A stretch of DNA of 62,915 bases, counting the filler, from Collodictyon triciliatum (lineage: Eukaryota): NCBI GenBank assembly GCA_043381765.1. It is 4 parts of 4 records of this genome, joined end to end, with 100 filler letters (N's around TTAATTAATTAA, not from the genome) between each part and the next. Parts side by side here need not be neighbours in the genome. Positions count along the whole stretch, not along the records: positions 1 to 23,957 come from JBHJMP010001217.1; 3 more parts are not named here. One strand, 5' to 3'. A program made the position numbers and the translations under genes. The stretch's first letter is position 1. Every line of letters starts with the position of its first letter. Below the pieces are notes generated by a model that was not told the DNA's origin, made no database searches, and worked only from the letters and a program-made list of their open reading frames with translations. Shown here piece by piece: positions 1-11,200 of this stretch.

Positions 1-93
<93 letters not shown>
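1..93. repeat. (ATT)n microsatellite
   Basis: Perfect ATT trinucleotide run at the window start, probably inside an intron of the minus-strand gene to its right. Confidence 0.98.
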
Positions 94-196
94 TTTTGAG
101 CTGGATGCAACAAAGTCCAAAATTGTCGAACCGGTTCCGATTTTTGGGCTTGGCTGAAGACGCCCTCTGCTTTTTTCCCATTTGTTGTATATTTAC

Positions 197-1468
197 TTTG
201 TTCGGAAGACACAACTGGTCGGACTTTTGGAGGAGTGTATTTTCTCCCTAACCGAGGCAAGTTCTCTAGAGAGTTTTGAAGCGGAAATGACAATGCTGGA
301 GCAAGTTTCAATAGGGTTGCTGCTGTTGACGAACACCGTGCAGGCTCCTTGTAATGAAATAATAAATTAACTTCAGCACTATATCATATTTGCGTATTCC
401 ACATATTTATTGATCGGGTAAAGAAGAAACTTCAAACCAAAGGACGAGTTTGATTTTGGGGTAGCTCTTGTGAATCTTTCCCAAACCTTTTTTTTTAATT
501 GAACAAGATTAAAATAATTCGACATTGTTCTTTATCCAAGTACCGTTGAAAATTGAAGTCAAATAATAAGTATTGTGTTAGGTGCATATCGTTACATAGG
601 ATATTATAAATGAATGAAGTCAGCGAAAATCAGGACTACTTGTATGAAGCGAGCCTATGAGTTTCCAGTAGCTTCAACTTGGGTTCAACAGCAGGTTCTT
701 CCACAATTTGGTGAGGTGTCGTCAATCCAGTGTTTTGTGGGCGAAGTATCTTGGCTGAAGTTGGGGTGTGGCATTCGATACGCTTTACTGAAAGCTCATG
801 AAGTGGATGTAGATCTAATACTGTGATGAGCTCCTTCTTTTCTTGGTCACTCAATATGGAGTGTTGCATCTGTGCGGGAAAAAAAATTAGAGAGTATGTG
901 CCCGATCAGCAGTGTATCCCAGGGACAATAGAAAAGAGGTTTCTTTTGTATGTCATGATGTTTAAGCCACAGAGATAACGAATGACACACATAGTCCATT
1001 TGGCTAGAAGGAGTCTGGAAAAGCCTCATCCCTGTCTGGGGATTCTCCTCAGAATCTTGAATCACTCTGCTTGAACCTGGCCTTACTTTACGCCTTTGGC
1101 CGCTTGCACTTATGCGCGCACTGATTTGAGGGAGAAACTTCCATTCCTCTGTCTTTGTGGGCGATCCTCTTTTGTCAGGAGTGTAGGCCTTACAATATGG
1201 TTCCATCGGATTAGTGACATACACACCGAATTTTTTAAAAAATGACTAATAAAGTGGATGAGAAGAGATGAAGTCGCGGTGTTTATACACCTACGCGATG
1301 GGATAGTGTTGCAGAGGACTTTGATGTTGAGTCCGAGTCAAGAGGGACAGAAGTGCAGCGTCTACTCGTGTGTCGGCTGCTGGGACTGTCAAGGACGATG
1401 GAGTCGGAGCCTCGACTATGGTTTCTGTCGCTGACAGGTGCACTGCTTCGAGCTGACCCAAGCCTCAT
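197..1468 (-). CDS. Multi-exon hypothetical protein, 5' part (Ser/Pro/Arg-rich, probably disordered); continues beyond the left edge
   Basis: Five minus-strand segments splice in phase through GT..AG introns: MRLGSARSS...LSHR|AYTPDKRG...QMDY|MQHSILSD...ASYK|FGKDSQE...RPL|EPARCSS...SSEQ. No recognisable domain. Confidence 0.6.
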
Positions 1469-2062
1469 CTCGCGCCTGCATGTGTGTCCGTGTATGTCAT
1501 GTCATATACAATAAGGTGGAATGCCAGAGGTAACGTCATTTCCGACCCTTTTGTTCTGTAAGGTCACAATACTCGAAGGGGAAGAATAAAATAGATATTT
1601 GTTTTAAATGCATATAGGCGTTAAATTAATATGAGAATCTTAAATCGATCATAATAAAAAATGGTGTTCTTTTCATATTGGGCTTTAGTAATCTTTTATT
1701 TCTTTTCTCTTTTCTTTTTCTTCTTTTCCTTTTTCTTCTTTTTCTTTTCCTTTTCCTTTTCTTTTCTCTGTTAGCTCGGCGTTTTAGGGGAAATTAAGAA
1801 ACAGAACGAAAGTTTATGCTCCGAATATGTTTTGTTAGTATCATAAAATCGAAGGAAATGAGAGTAAAGTCTTGCTGAGAATCATATATATTGGTGTGGG
1901 CTTTGCATACACGGGAAGGGTCTATTGTTTTGTGGGGAGAAAGGGATAACAGAACAGAAAAGAGCGAAAGAGAGGTGTTCCTTTGACATCCTGGATTGGC
2001 AGAGATTGTGCGTCTCAGAAATTAAATCAAACAATCTTTTGCTATTTAAGGAAAAATAAAGG

Positions 2063-3235
2063 TTTTTTTTCATCCTTTCAATTTTGTGGAGGATGGTGGA
2101 GATATATTTGCCTTGGTTCGCTAGACATCGTTTGCATGGACGCTACTTGTTGGCCGGCAGAGAAGTAGTCGGTAATCAGCAATTGCATCCTGCGGTTTGG
2201 CCTGTAGCCCGAGTCTTGTGCTTTCATGAGAGATACAAGGCGAGGTTTAATGTCCTCCTCAGCTTCTTTCCACATGTCTCTTCTCACAATATCTGAGTAG
2301 TAGAGAACGTGCAGGTGGCGAAGAAAGCTATTGAGGAAAGAGATTTGTATGATGTCATTCAGCCTATTATCAGGAATGGGTGGCTGGTTCTGAGTCTTGC
2401 TTTGCGTGAGTATATGCGCGCTATCCACATAGTCCATAGCAAATGGCCTCGCGTCACTGCCCAGAATGTTTTTGCCTCTGGACGCAGCTGTTGAAGAGGC
2501 CCAAATATCGCCTGGATTGGGCCAACAGCCGCAGCCGTTTTGAGTGCCAGTCGAAGAGTCTCACCGGCTGTTTCGCGCAGGTTTTGAGCGAAGGGACATT
2601 GCACAAATGTGTGCTCAATGGATTCATCACCGTTGCTGCAAAGTGTGCATTGTTGGGAGACTTTGCCAGCTTTTGCCGCGCGTGTGCCTATCCATAGCTC
2701 CCTATTGGTGATATTAAGCATTAGAGAGTGGTGATTTGGAAGGACTTGCGGGGTACGTGCTTGTCTCCAGCTCGCGGTGAGTGGGATGTGGGTGATGCCC
2801 AGTGTTTCTCCCCACCGTTGATGGTTTGACTTTTTGTAGGGTGTCGGCGGTGATTTTTTGTATCGAAAGAATTTGGAGTAGGCCATAGCCATCGAGAACA
2901 GCATAGACTGCGCACCGTTAGACGAGCGTTCGTTCTTGAGGCGGAAAAAAAAAAAGGCGACGGGATGTCGTATGAGAATGGTCTGCGTGAGCGCCACTTT
3001 CCTTTGTTATTCAGGACGGCTGTGGTTCGCTATGCATCTTGTGTGTGGAATGCAGTGGAGCCTGGCGTTGTAATGTATGAGCCGTCTTCTGTGAATGAGA
3101 TTTCTCTGATGGTGGCCGCGTTGCCTTCGTGAACCTGTTTGATGATGCAGAAGCCTTTCTGGTTGTCCCAGCATATTTGTCCTGCTGCTGATGGCTCGTT
3201 CAGGGGTATTGTCATTTTGCAGTGATTAAACAGAA
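2063..3235 (-). mobile_element. 5'-truncated, frameshifted non-LTR retrotransposon (L1/Tx1-like) 3' fragment with zf-RVT zinc finger
   Basis: ORF 2359-2997 has CTLCSNGDESIEHTFVQCPFA (CxxC...ExxxH...C) followed by LWTMWIAR, typical of the LINE ORF2 C-terminus. It continues by frameshift into ORF 2078-2437, with a stop at 2078 and an A-run at 2063-2070. Confidence 0.8.
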
Positions 3236-3240
3236 TTACG

Positions 3241-3460
3241 CATTTGAGATGTGCAGGAAAATCCTGAGAAAGAGATTCAACCTCGCCTTGTCTCTCTCAC
3301 GCAAGCACAAGACCCAGGCCACAGGCCAAACCGCAGGATGCAATAACTGATTACTGACTACTTCTCCGCCGCCCGGCCGCCAAGTAGCAACCATGCAAGC
3401 GAAAGTCAGCGAGCCAAATCCAAAACCTCCGCCACCTTTCGCAAATTGATTAAAAAAAAA
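3241..3460 (+). mobile_element. Second, diverged 3'-end copy of the same LINE family in opposite orientation, with poly(A)
   Basis: 3245-3450 is the reverse-complement homolog of ~2075-2280 (e.g. ggccaaaccgcaggatgcaa is shared) and ends TGA-TT-A9. Confidence 0.8.
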
Positions 3461-3463
3461 TTG

Positions 3464-3630
3464 AGATGCTGGCAAGGCATGCAGCACTAAATACCTTTAT
3501 TACAAGAAGGAATATACCAATCTTTTGATTGGTAAACTTGGTCAGCTAGTATCCAAGGTCTCACCACTTTTTTCACTATGGTCGTGCAGTGGCGAAGGCT
3601 GCCAGATGAGACCCGATAGCCTGTTTTTTA
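3464..3630 (-). ncRNA. Putative Fanzor omegaRNA scaffold
   Basis: Lies directly downstream of the Fanzor stop and is packed with stems: TGCTG/CAGCA (3467/3482), TACCAATC-tttt-GATTGGTA (3515-3534), CTTGG/CCAAG (3537/3553), and GGTCTCA/TGAGACC (3557/3607) enclosing CCACT/AGTGG. Confidence 0.6.
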
Positions 3631-5686
3631 GAGGAAAGTGTATGCATATTTTGAAGAATTAAAGGAACTTTCTTGTATGATATTTAAAGGCTTGTTAAAT
3701 TCCCATGTCAAGAATACAGTTTGTTTGCTTTCTGAGCGATTGCATTCTTTTCATACGAGACATATATATACTCTTTTTTTGAATCTCCTTTCAGTTTCAT
3801 ATAACCCAGTTCTTTTTCGCAGTTGCATCATATCTTGGAGGCTTTTAATTCATTCACGCTAATTGTTTCAAAAAGTTTGGATAGTATTTTTCGTAATCCT
3901 TTTCCGATTTTTGGCATAAAATGGTTCATCTGAGATTTTCTGCACCAGTCTCCATACGCCAGTACAACATCCTTGCCAAATGTCTTTTCGATTCGGTCCA
4001 TAAACAATTGTTTACTTTTTTTTATTAACATACTGTCTCCATCCCATCTTTCGAAAAGTTACTTGCTTCGTAAAATCTGAATAATTCTATCTGGTATCTT
4101 GATTTCATAGATACATATTTTGAAATTGTTCATAATCGACCGTGCATGAATTATATTTACTCAGTTTTGTCTCTAGATCGATTAAAGATACTTTTGATGT
4201 CTCAAACTGCTGATTCTCTTCAAAAGTCCTGGAACCAAAAGAAACAGCACTTTGTAAATCTGTTGCCACGGATACCTCTGAAGAATTGTACTTTTCTTTT
4301 CTCGTGCATGAGTATTTTTTGATTTTTAAGAGATTTGCTATCATGTCTTCTTTGGCGTGTCGTGGAAAGTAATTTCTTACCTGCCTCATCCACCATGTAA
4401 ACCAAATTAAACTTGCCTGCGTCCACTCCAACTGTTTTTTTTTTCCGCTAATAAAATCTTTCCATCTATTCGATTCAAAGTGCAGCGAGGTTTTTTTCGC
4501 TAATAAATATAACTACTCTTCGGAAAGCTCATCTATATATACATTTTCTTGGGTTTTTTTTCCTTAATTCGAATTTTCTTGGGTTTTTTGATTATATTTG
4601 AATTTTGAATTTGAATCACCTTTCTTTTCAAATAATAATGACACCACCAAGCCGTCTGTTTGTATCATGTATTTAATATTGTAGTCTGTTTGATGGAAGA
4701 CCCTCTTCTTCATTTCAAAGAACTTATCCAATAGTTTATCTTTGTATCCTGATATATTCTTTAGTAATGTTGTTTTTCTAGTTGAATCTAATATATCTCA
4801 AACATGCAGTAGCTAGAGTAATATGATATGGTATATTGTTAGTTCTTATAGAGATTGGTTGAAACTGTTTGGTTCAAATGTCCTCAAAAATGCGATTCAT
4901 GTAAATCAGACATAGAATGTACTTATTTGGATTGACTTTGGCGCCATATTCGATACCATTTACAATACCGCTGAGAATGTATGATTCAAATGCGTTATAG
5001 TCCATCCTTTGTATTGTTCCTATATGTCGAGTTTCTTGAAGATGGCTTTTTTTAACTTTCGTAACTCTGTCTTTTTAATAGCTTCCGTCATATTCTCATT
5101 CTAGGAACTGTTTGATTTATAAAGCACAATAACCTCTTTACAAAATGTTCTTTAATGTTATTATGATAAGCTGTTAACATTTGCTTCGCCAAGTACGGTA
5201 ATACATGAGACAATCCAACCAACGGAAAGCGTTCTTCTCGGGACAAAAAGGAATCGAAAATGATTGAGATAAAAGTTGTCATGTCTTTTCTCATATCTAG
5301 TTTTTTTTTTTTTTTTATTTTTTTGGTTTATCTTTTTAAAATAATCATATTTTTTTTAAAATTTTTAAAANNNNNNNNNNTTATCTTGCTGGTCTATCTT
5401 GTGAAACTACCCAGACTGTCTTTAAAGCGTACAAAAAAAAAAAAAATAAATCATCGATTGTTGGGTGTTGTTGTGATTTCAATATGTAACATCGTGCAAA
5501 CAGATAAGTGTCGGTAACCAAATTATGACATAATAAAACTGTATCGTTGAATTTGTAATAGTCATCCAGATTCTTTACAATCGATTTTGGAGATGTTTTC
5601 ACATTTCGATAGTCTGGTTTTACAGACTTTAGATTCTCAAACTCAAGACGATTTCTTTTCTTTATCTGAAAGTCTTTGTTTTACAT
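3628..5686 (-). pseudogene. Fanzor1 RNA-guided endonuclease (TnpB/Cas12-related), disrupted by stops and frameshifts
   Basis: Fragments occur in the expected order: N-terminal KTSPKSIV...NDTVLLCHNLVTDTYLFARCYIL; YLAKQMLTAYHNNIKEHFVKRL; RuvC-I VGVDAGKFNLVYMVD; FGKDVVLAYGDW; GKGLRKIL; RuvC-II VNELKASK; zinc finger CNC...CLV*KEC; degenerate RuvC-III FLTWEFNKPLNI (cf. RDxNxAxNI). Confidence 0.88.
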
Positions 5687-5711
5687 TTTCCTTTAGAAAA
5701 CTATAGAGTTT

Positions 5712-5719
5712 TCAATTTT
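5712..5719 (-). promoter_or_regulatory. AAAATTGA motif (Mimiviridae early-promoter consensus) upstream of the Fanzor ATG
   Basis: Exact AAAATTGA on the minus strand about 26 nt upstream of the ATG at 5686, with two further AAATTGAC variants at ~5740 and ~5776. Could be chance in AT-rich DNA. Confidence 0.3.
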
Positions 5720-6539
5720 AATAAAACTTTAGTCAAACAGTCAATTTCATAAAATAAAATAAAAAACTGCATTAAGTCAATTTAGGTAAAATTAAGCATC
5801 TACCGAGACTCTCAAAATATGTGCATTGTGGCAAACAAACACACAAAGTTTTTTTATAAGTGATTTGGAACAAACCACTGAGAGCCGATTCGGCGAGTTC
5901 GAAAGGACGGCCGTATAGTCATTGAGACTGAAAGTCAATATATCGGCTCCAAACAACATGATTACCGCTGCAAGTGTGGATAGTATGCTTTTTTGAAATG
6001 CATGTTTGGTGGCAGGTTTATAGGGTGGGCTCTGTCTGGGCAAACGCAAGGGCTTCTTTGTAATTTTTGAATTTTAATGCCAATACAAAAATGAAAAATT
6101 AAATATAAATAGATTATAGGAATAGAATGATTATTAAGTATTTTTAACCTTAGTATATATGTATATACTAATCATATTATTCTAATATTCAGGTTCTTTC
6201 TTGGGTTCACCAAAGCTCCTGCTTTCGTCAATCTAGATTTAATTCGATGATTGTCTGTGTAATAAATTGCTATATGTATGGGTACACTTTCGTTGTATAA
6301 AAAGTGCTGTGCCTTGGAAGCGATAAAACCAAGTTTGTCACAACCTTTGCGATGAAGTTTATCCATTCACAGGCTAAATGATATCGAAAAAAAAAAGGAA
6401 AGGAAAGGAAAGGAAATAGGAAAAAGAAAAAAGAAAAAGAGAAAAATTGAAAAGGATGAATGAATAAGGACAATAATACTGACCGCTATATTCATACTTA
6501 TCTTGCTGCCGGGAGTCGATGGCTAGAACCCGATCCGTC

Positions 6540-6541
<2 letters not shown>

Positions 6542-6591
<50 letters not shown>

Positions 6592-6601
6592 NNNNNNNNN
6601 N

Positions 6602-6642
<41 letters not shown>
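6542..6642. repeat. (TTA)n microsatellite with internal gap
   Basis: Direct observation. Confidence 0.95.
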
Positions 6643-6644
<2 letters not shown>

Positions 6645-8239
6645 GATTCAAAGAGCTCGCTGCGTCTTATTAGTAGTTTGTTGTACTCACGGGTCGCTGG
6701 TAGCTGGCGTCCTGATCGTCGGTGAGTCTCTCTGCATAACTTGTGTTGTAAAGGGATGTGGTCAAGTGACCTTTTCGCTCTCTGCATCGGCTGCGTCGGC
6801 CTTCCTTATTTTGCGTTCAGTCAGTAGGCATTCCACAGGGCAGGGCTGTGGCACCGGTCTCCTGGTTGGCAGACTTGTCCTTCCCAGGATTTCCTTTCCG
6901 ATCGCTTGCGTGTTCTTTTGTTTTTTTCCGGCTTTAGAATGTGGCGAATTAGAAGAAGGAAAGAACCCCAGTGTAATAATATTATTTTCTGGAGAGTGCG
7001 TCCTTTGTCTCTGCCAGTGTGATGATTGTTTCTCAGCAAAAGAGACTTTTTCTTATTTATTATGTTATATTTTTATTGTTCCTCTCAACTGTCTCTCAGT
7101 GCGATCGCCACATTCTTATGCATTGTTAGGAATAGAATAGATCAATCATTGAGATTTTTTTCCAACAAACAGACAAAGCTTGAAAGTTTCTGTGCATTGA
7201 TTCGCGTTTATTGCAGGGTCGTATATTTATCTTAAATAACTCAGGTAAGTATACTGTATCATTTTGGATGTGTGTAATGAAGTATGCAGGTCTATGAAGG
7301 TTATATCTATGAGAATACTATATTTTCCGCTAATAGACTAAGATTGTGGCCGAGCGGTCAATTTTCCATCGAGTATCTTTTTGAATGTGACAGATGTCAA
7401 GGGCTGGGAAAATCTCCAGTTCCCAAGCCCAAAACAGAAAATCTCAACACAGCGCCTGGGCGTTTATATGGTGCACCACATCTGACATGAAATTCATATA
7501 AATATTCCATAAATAGGCATTTATTCGCACATTACTTCAGATTTCAGAAATCCGGATTAATCATTTAGTGTAATTGGGTGTTATAAATCCGGATTCCAAA
7601 AGCCCTACTTCCAAACTAGGCCTGCACATCAATTCAAACCGTTACAACGGACATTTCTATGAATGTTCCTGGGCCATGAGAAGACTTTGTGAGGGATACG
7701 CGGTAATTTTTGTCCAGATTCTGCCCGCCCGAAAGGAAAAGAGAATAGCAAACGAGTTTTGTTCATCACTCTCCCTCTCTTTCAGCTAAATGTTTTTCAA
7801 TCTTTCCTCTCTCTCTCCCTTTTTTTTTTTTTCCATTGCCAAACCCCATTTTTCTCCCCAAGCAAAACATAAAACGCCAGAAGTATAAAGAGCAATACGC
7901 GTATTTAAAGCCAAGTGCGCGGCGCCCTGCGTGGCCTGAAGCCAAGGCCGAGAACCACCAAGGGGCCAGGCAATCAGGACAGAGGAGACGACAGAAGAGC
8001 GGACCGCGAAAAGCAGGGAGCAGATGAAAGAGACTGACCCGAGGGATGGGGTGGCTGGACAGGAGATGACGTGAGGGAGGGGATGAGACGGGAGGGGATG
8101 AGACGGGAGGGGCAAGACAGAGTCCGCCATCCACCCAGGGGAGGGAGACCGACTCACCCGCGCTCTGTTTACCGTAGCCTTTGTCTCCACCCTTGTCCGC
8201 CAACGTCTGCCGTTCTCTGCTCTGCTTATCTGCCGATCG

Positions 8240-11200
8240 ATGGCCCGTCCTGCCCAGCACCGGACTTTCTTTCTCGCCCTCGCGTGCGCCCTGGCCTTTG
8301 CCTTTGCTGCCCTTCCGGCTGGTCTGCTTATCCTTCCATTCCCCATATTCATCTCACATCCTTCCCGTGCATCCGACTCGCCTTGCTTGCGCACAGTACT
8401 TAAGCTACACGGGCCTTCCTTTAGCTGCCCAGATCAACACGTGGGGGTCCTTCAATAGCTACAGCCCGGGCTTTTCCGATCCAGGAGTCTTTGTCTACAA
8501 TGGGGCGCTTCATCGCCTGCGTGATGGGTACAAGACCATGATTTTTTTCTTTTGTCCCTCTTCTTGGTTAGTTTGCTCCACCCTTGCCATGAGGGAATGA
8601 ACTTTATTATTAGGGCTGACTAATTACATACTAGCCAACTCAAAATATATTTGAACTTGTTTGTTTTTTTTAGCAGCAAAATGAAACTGTTTTCTCTCCT
8701 TCCTTCCAGCAGTTATTGTATCTGTTCATAAATCTATACACCTTGTTAAATTCCGTGGCCCCAGTTTATATGAGTCATAAATACTCCGCACCTAGGAAAT
8801 ACCTCGATTTTGAGCAAGACCGCCCAAAGATTGATACCATCTATCGTATGACAAACCTGGGTATGGAGAAAGATTTCACCATGTGTTTCGCATCACCAGT
8901 ACTACATATGCTTTATACAGTCGCTTTGCAACAAATTATTGCTTCTATTTAATTTTGATTATTTTTTTTTTAAAAAAAAGGAAGGGGTTGGATGTATTTT
9001 CTTATTACTTTGCCTATGGTTACTGGACTAAAAAGACTAACGTCGATTCAGAAACATTCGACTGGGAGGTGATCCACTTGAGCGGAGAGGCTCCCTCTCT
9101 ACGAACGATTTATTGTGGATATCTCATCGGTGACCAGGTAAACTTTTGCCGAATCCCTCTTAGGTTTCCCCCTTAGTTAAAATTTCCTTATTATTATTTT
9201 ACATTCTTTCATGTTATTATTGTCGTCATTCTTATGAATATTATCCCCCGTCAGGGTATCTACTGCACTGATATTCCCCATTTGAAATATATCATCCACA
9301 ATTATGTGTCCTTGAATATGATTAGATATGTACTAACGAGTCATTTTATTCACATGATTTTTGGGATGCCTATTCCTTTTTTAATTCAGTACTTCATGTT
9401 TGGGGGCTTCAACAATGGATATTCCAACGACCTTTACATCCTCAATGTCAAGACATGGACATGGACGTTTGCCAGGCCTTTTGGAGATCTTCCACCACCG
9501 AGAACCCTCCCTGCGTGCTTTGGTTACAAAGGAAATTTTTACATCCAAGGCGGATCTGCCCCAGTCACATTTATCATCGATAGCTGGATGTATAACCAAG
9601 GTATATGAAATTAAAACACCTCCATCCTCATACCTACTTTATATCGAACAATTGGGGGGGGGGGGGGGGGGGGAACACCTACTACACCCAATTTCTATTT
9701 CATGATGCATAAATAAAACTATTTCATCATATTTGAAAGAGTGTCCAACTTGAACAAATATCAAAATATCCTTCAAAATCATGGTTCCTTCACTAAACAC
9801 ATTTTGCCTGGTATATCTTCATGGGATATGCCTCCTACTATTTTTAAACAGGCAAGAATCAATGGTCTCGTGTTGCATACGACTCAGGTGTCCCCTTGTC
9901 TGTCTTTATGAGCGCCAACACATTTGCGGATGACACATTGTACAAGTGCGGAGGATATCGAGAAACTGGCCTGCCTATCAATACATGCGACATTTTCAAC
10001 CTAAGTAATCTCTTGAATATTGAATCACCAAAACGAAATCCTTGAAAAAAAGTTTATGTAAAAAAAAAAAACATAACAAAGAGCTTAAAGAACTGAAATA
10101 TATCACCTCAGAGTGGTGGAGTACACCCTGATCAGATTTTTAATATGTGTTTAGCTTCAAGCACATGGACATATGTTCGCTATGAAGACGAGCAACAAAA
10201 TCGTATGGTCTCCCTGTATGGTCAGGCTACAGCTATTTACGACAATAAGCTCTACATATTGAATGGTGCCAACGCACAAAATCAACTGAGCTACTATCAA
10301 TATATTATTGACTTACGTAAGTATACAACTTTAACTTTCAAACTATTGAAAAGCACTTTGAATCGAATAAAGGGGGAAAAAAAATCAAACTATTGAGAAA
10401 AAAAACGTTGTCTTAAAGCACCCACTCACACAAATAGAAGTAAGATTTTCTTAAAAATGACTGAATTTATGTACACAGGAAAGCCTTACACATCTGCTAT
10501 TGTTGCAACTCTGAACCAACAGACTGCCCTTTCGACGTATCCATACAACGCCACTGTCCCGCAACACCGTTATTCGGCATCTTTAACATTGTTTAAGGGC
10601 AAGCTCGTCTTGACTGGCGGTTCAAGCAGTTGTGGAGACGACACAATCTGGGTTTTGGACCCGGGTAACATAAAACGGAGAATATTATACAAATGTTGCC
10701 TTCTATTTCATTTTAGTTTGAGTATGAATTAAAAAAGCCCAATATATAGTTATATATGGAGATGATATCACAATGCATATTATAATGATCATATATTGCC
10801 AATTACTTTCACAGGTACCATGAAGTGGTCGAATTCGTTCAAGGCTTATCCGATGGGGAGAACCAAAACATCAGTCGCCAAGATATCGGAGACTTCATTT
10901 GCTATGTACGGAGGAGTCCCGAGCTGCTCCTCCTCACTGTATCTGAATGACCTATGGAGATTTGATATAGGTTTCTTTTTATCACATATCTCATATAATG
11001 TGGGAATAATCTATATAATTTTCATAAATTCATACCTAAAATATGTCGAATTCATACATGCCCACATAAAAAACATTAGTCAAGAAAACATGGGCATTGC
11101 TATCTCCTTTGTCGAGCACTACACGGAACGGGTTGGATGCCAAGGGATTGATATCCAAGCAACCAGTAATTTATTCTCATGCGTAATCACACCTTGAATC

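Larger units (their letters stand above)
3464..5801 (-). mobile_element. Decayed Fanzor1 element (no transposase visible)
   Basis: Contains the Fanzor pseudogene and a structured 3' non-coding end. Candidate short terminal inverted repeat AGATGCT (3464-3470) / AGCATCT (5795-5801). Boundaries are tentative. Confidence 0.7.

Noticed and set aside
6460-8403. ORFs of 110-226 aa upstream of or overlapping the receptor kinase start
   Set aside because: They derive from a microsatellite and the GC-rich promoter/5' UTR; no coding signature.
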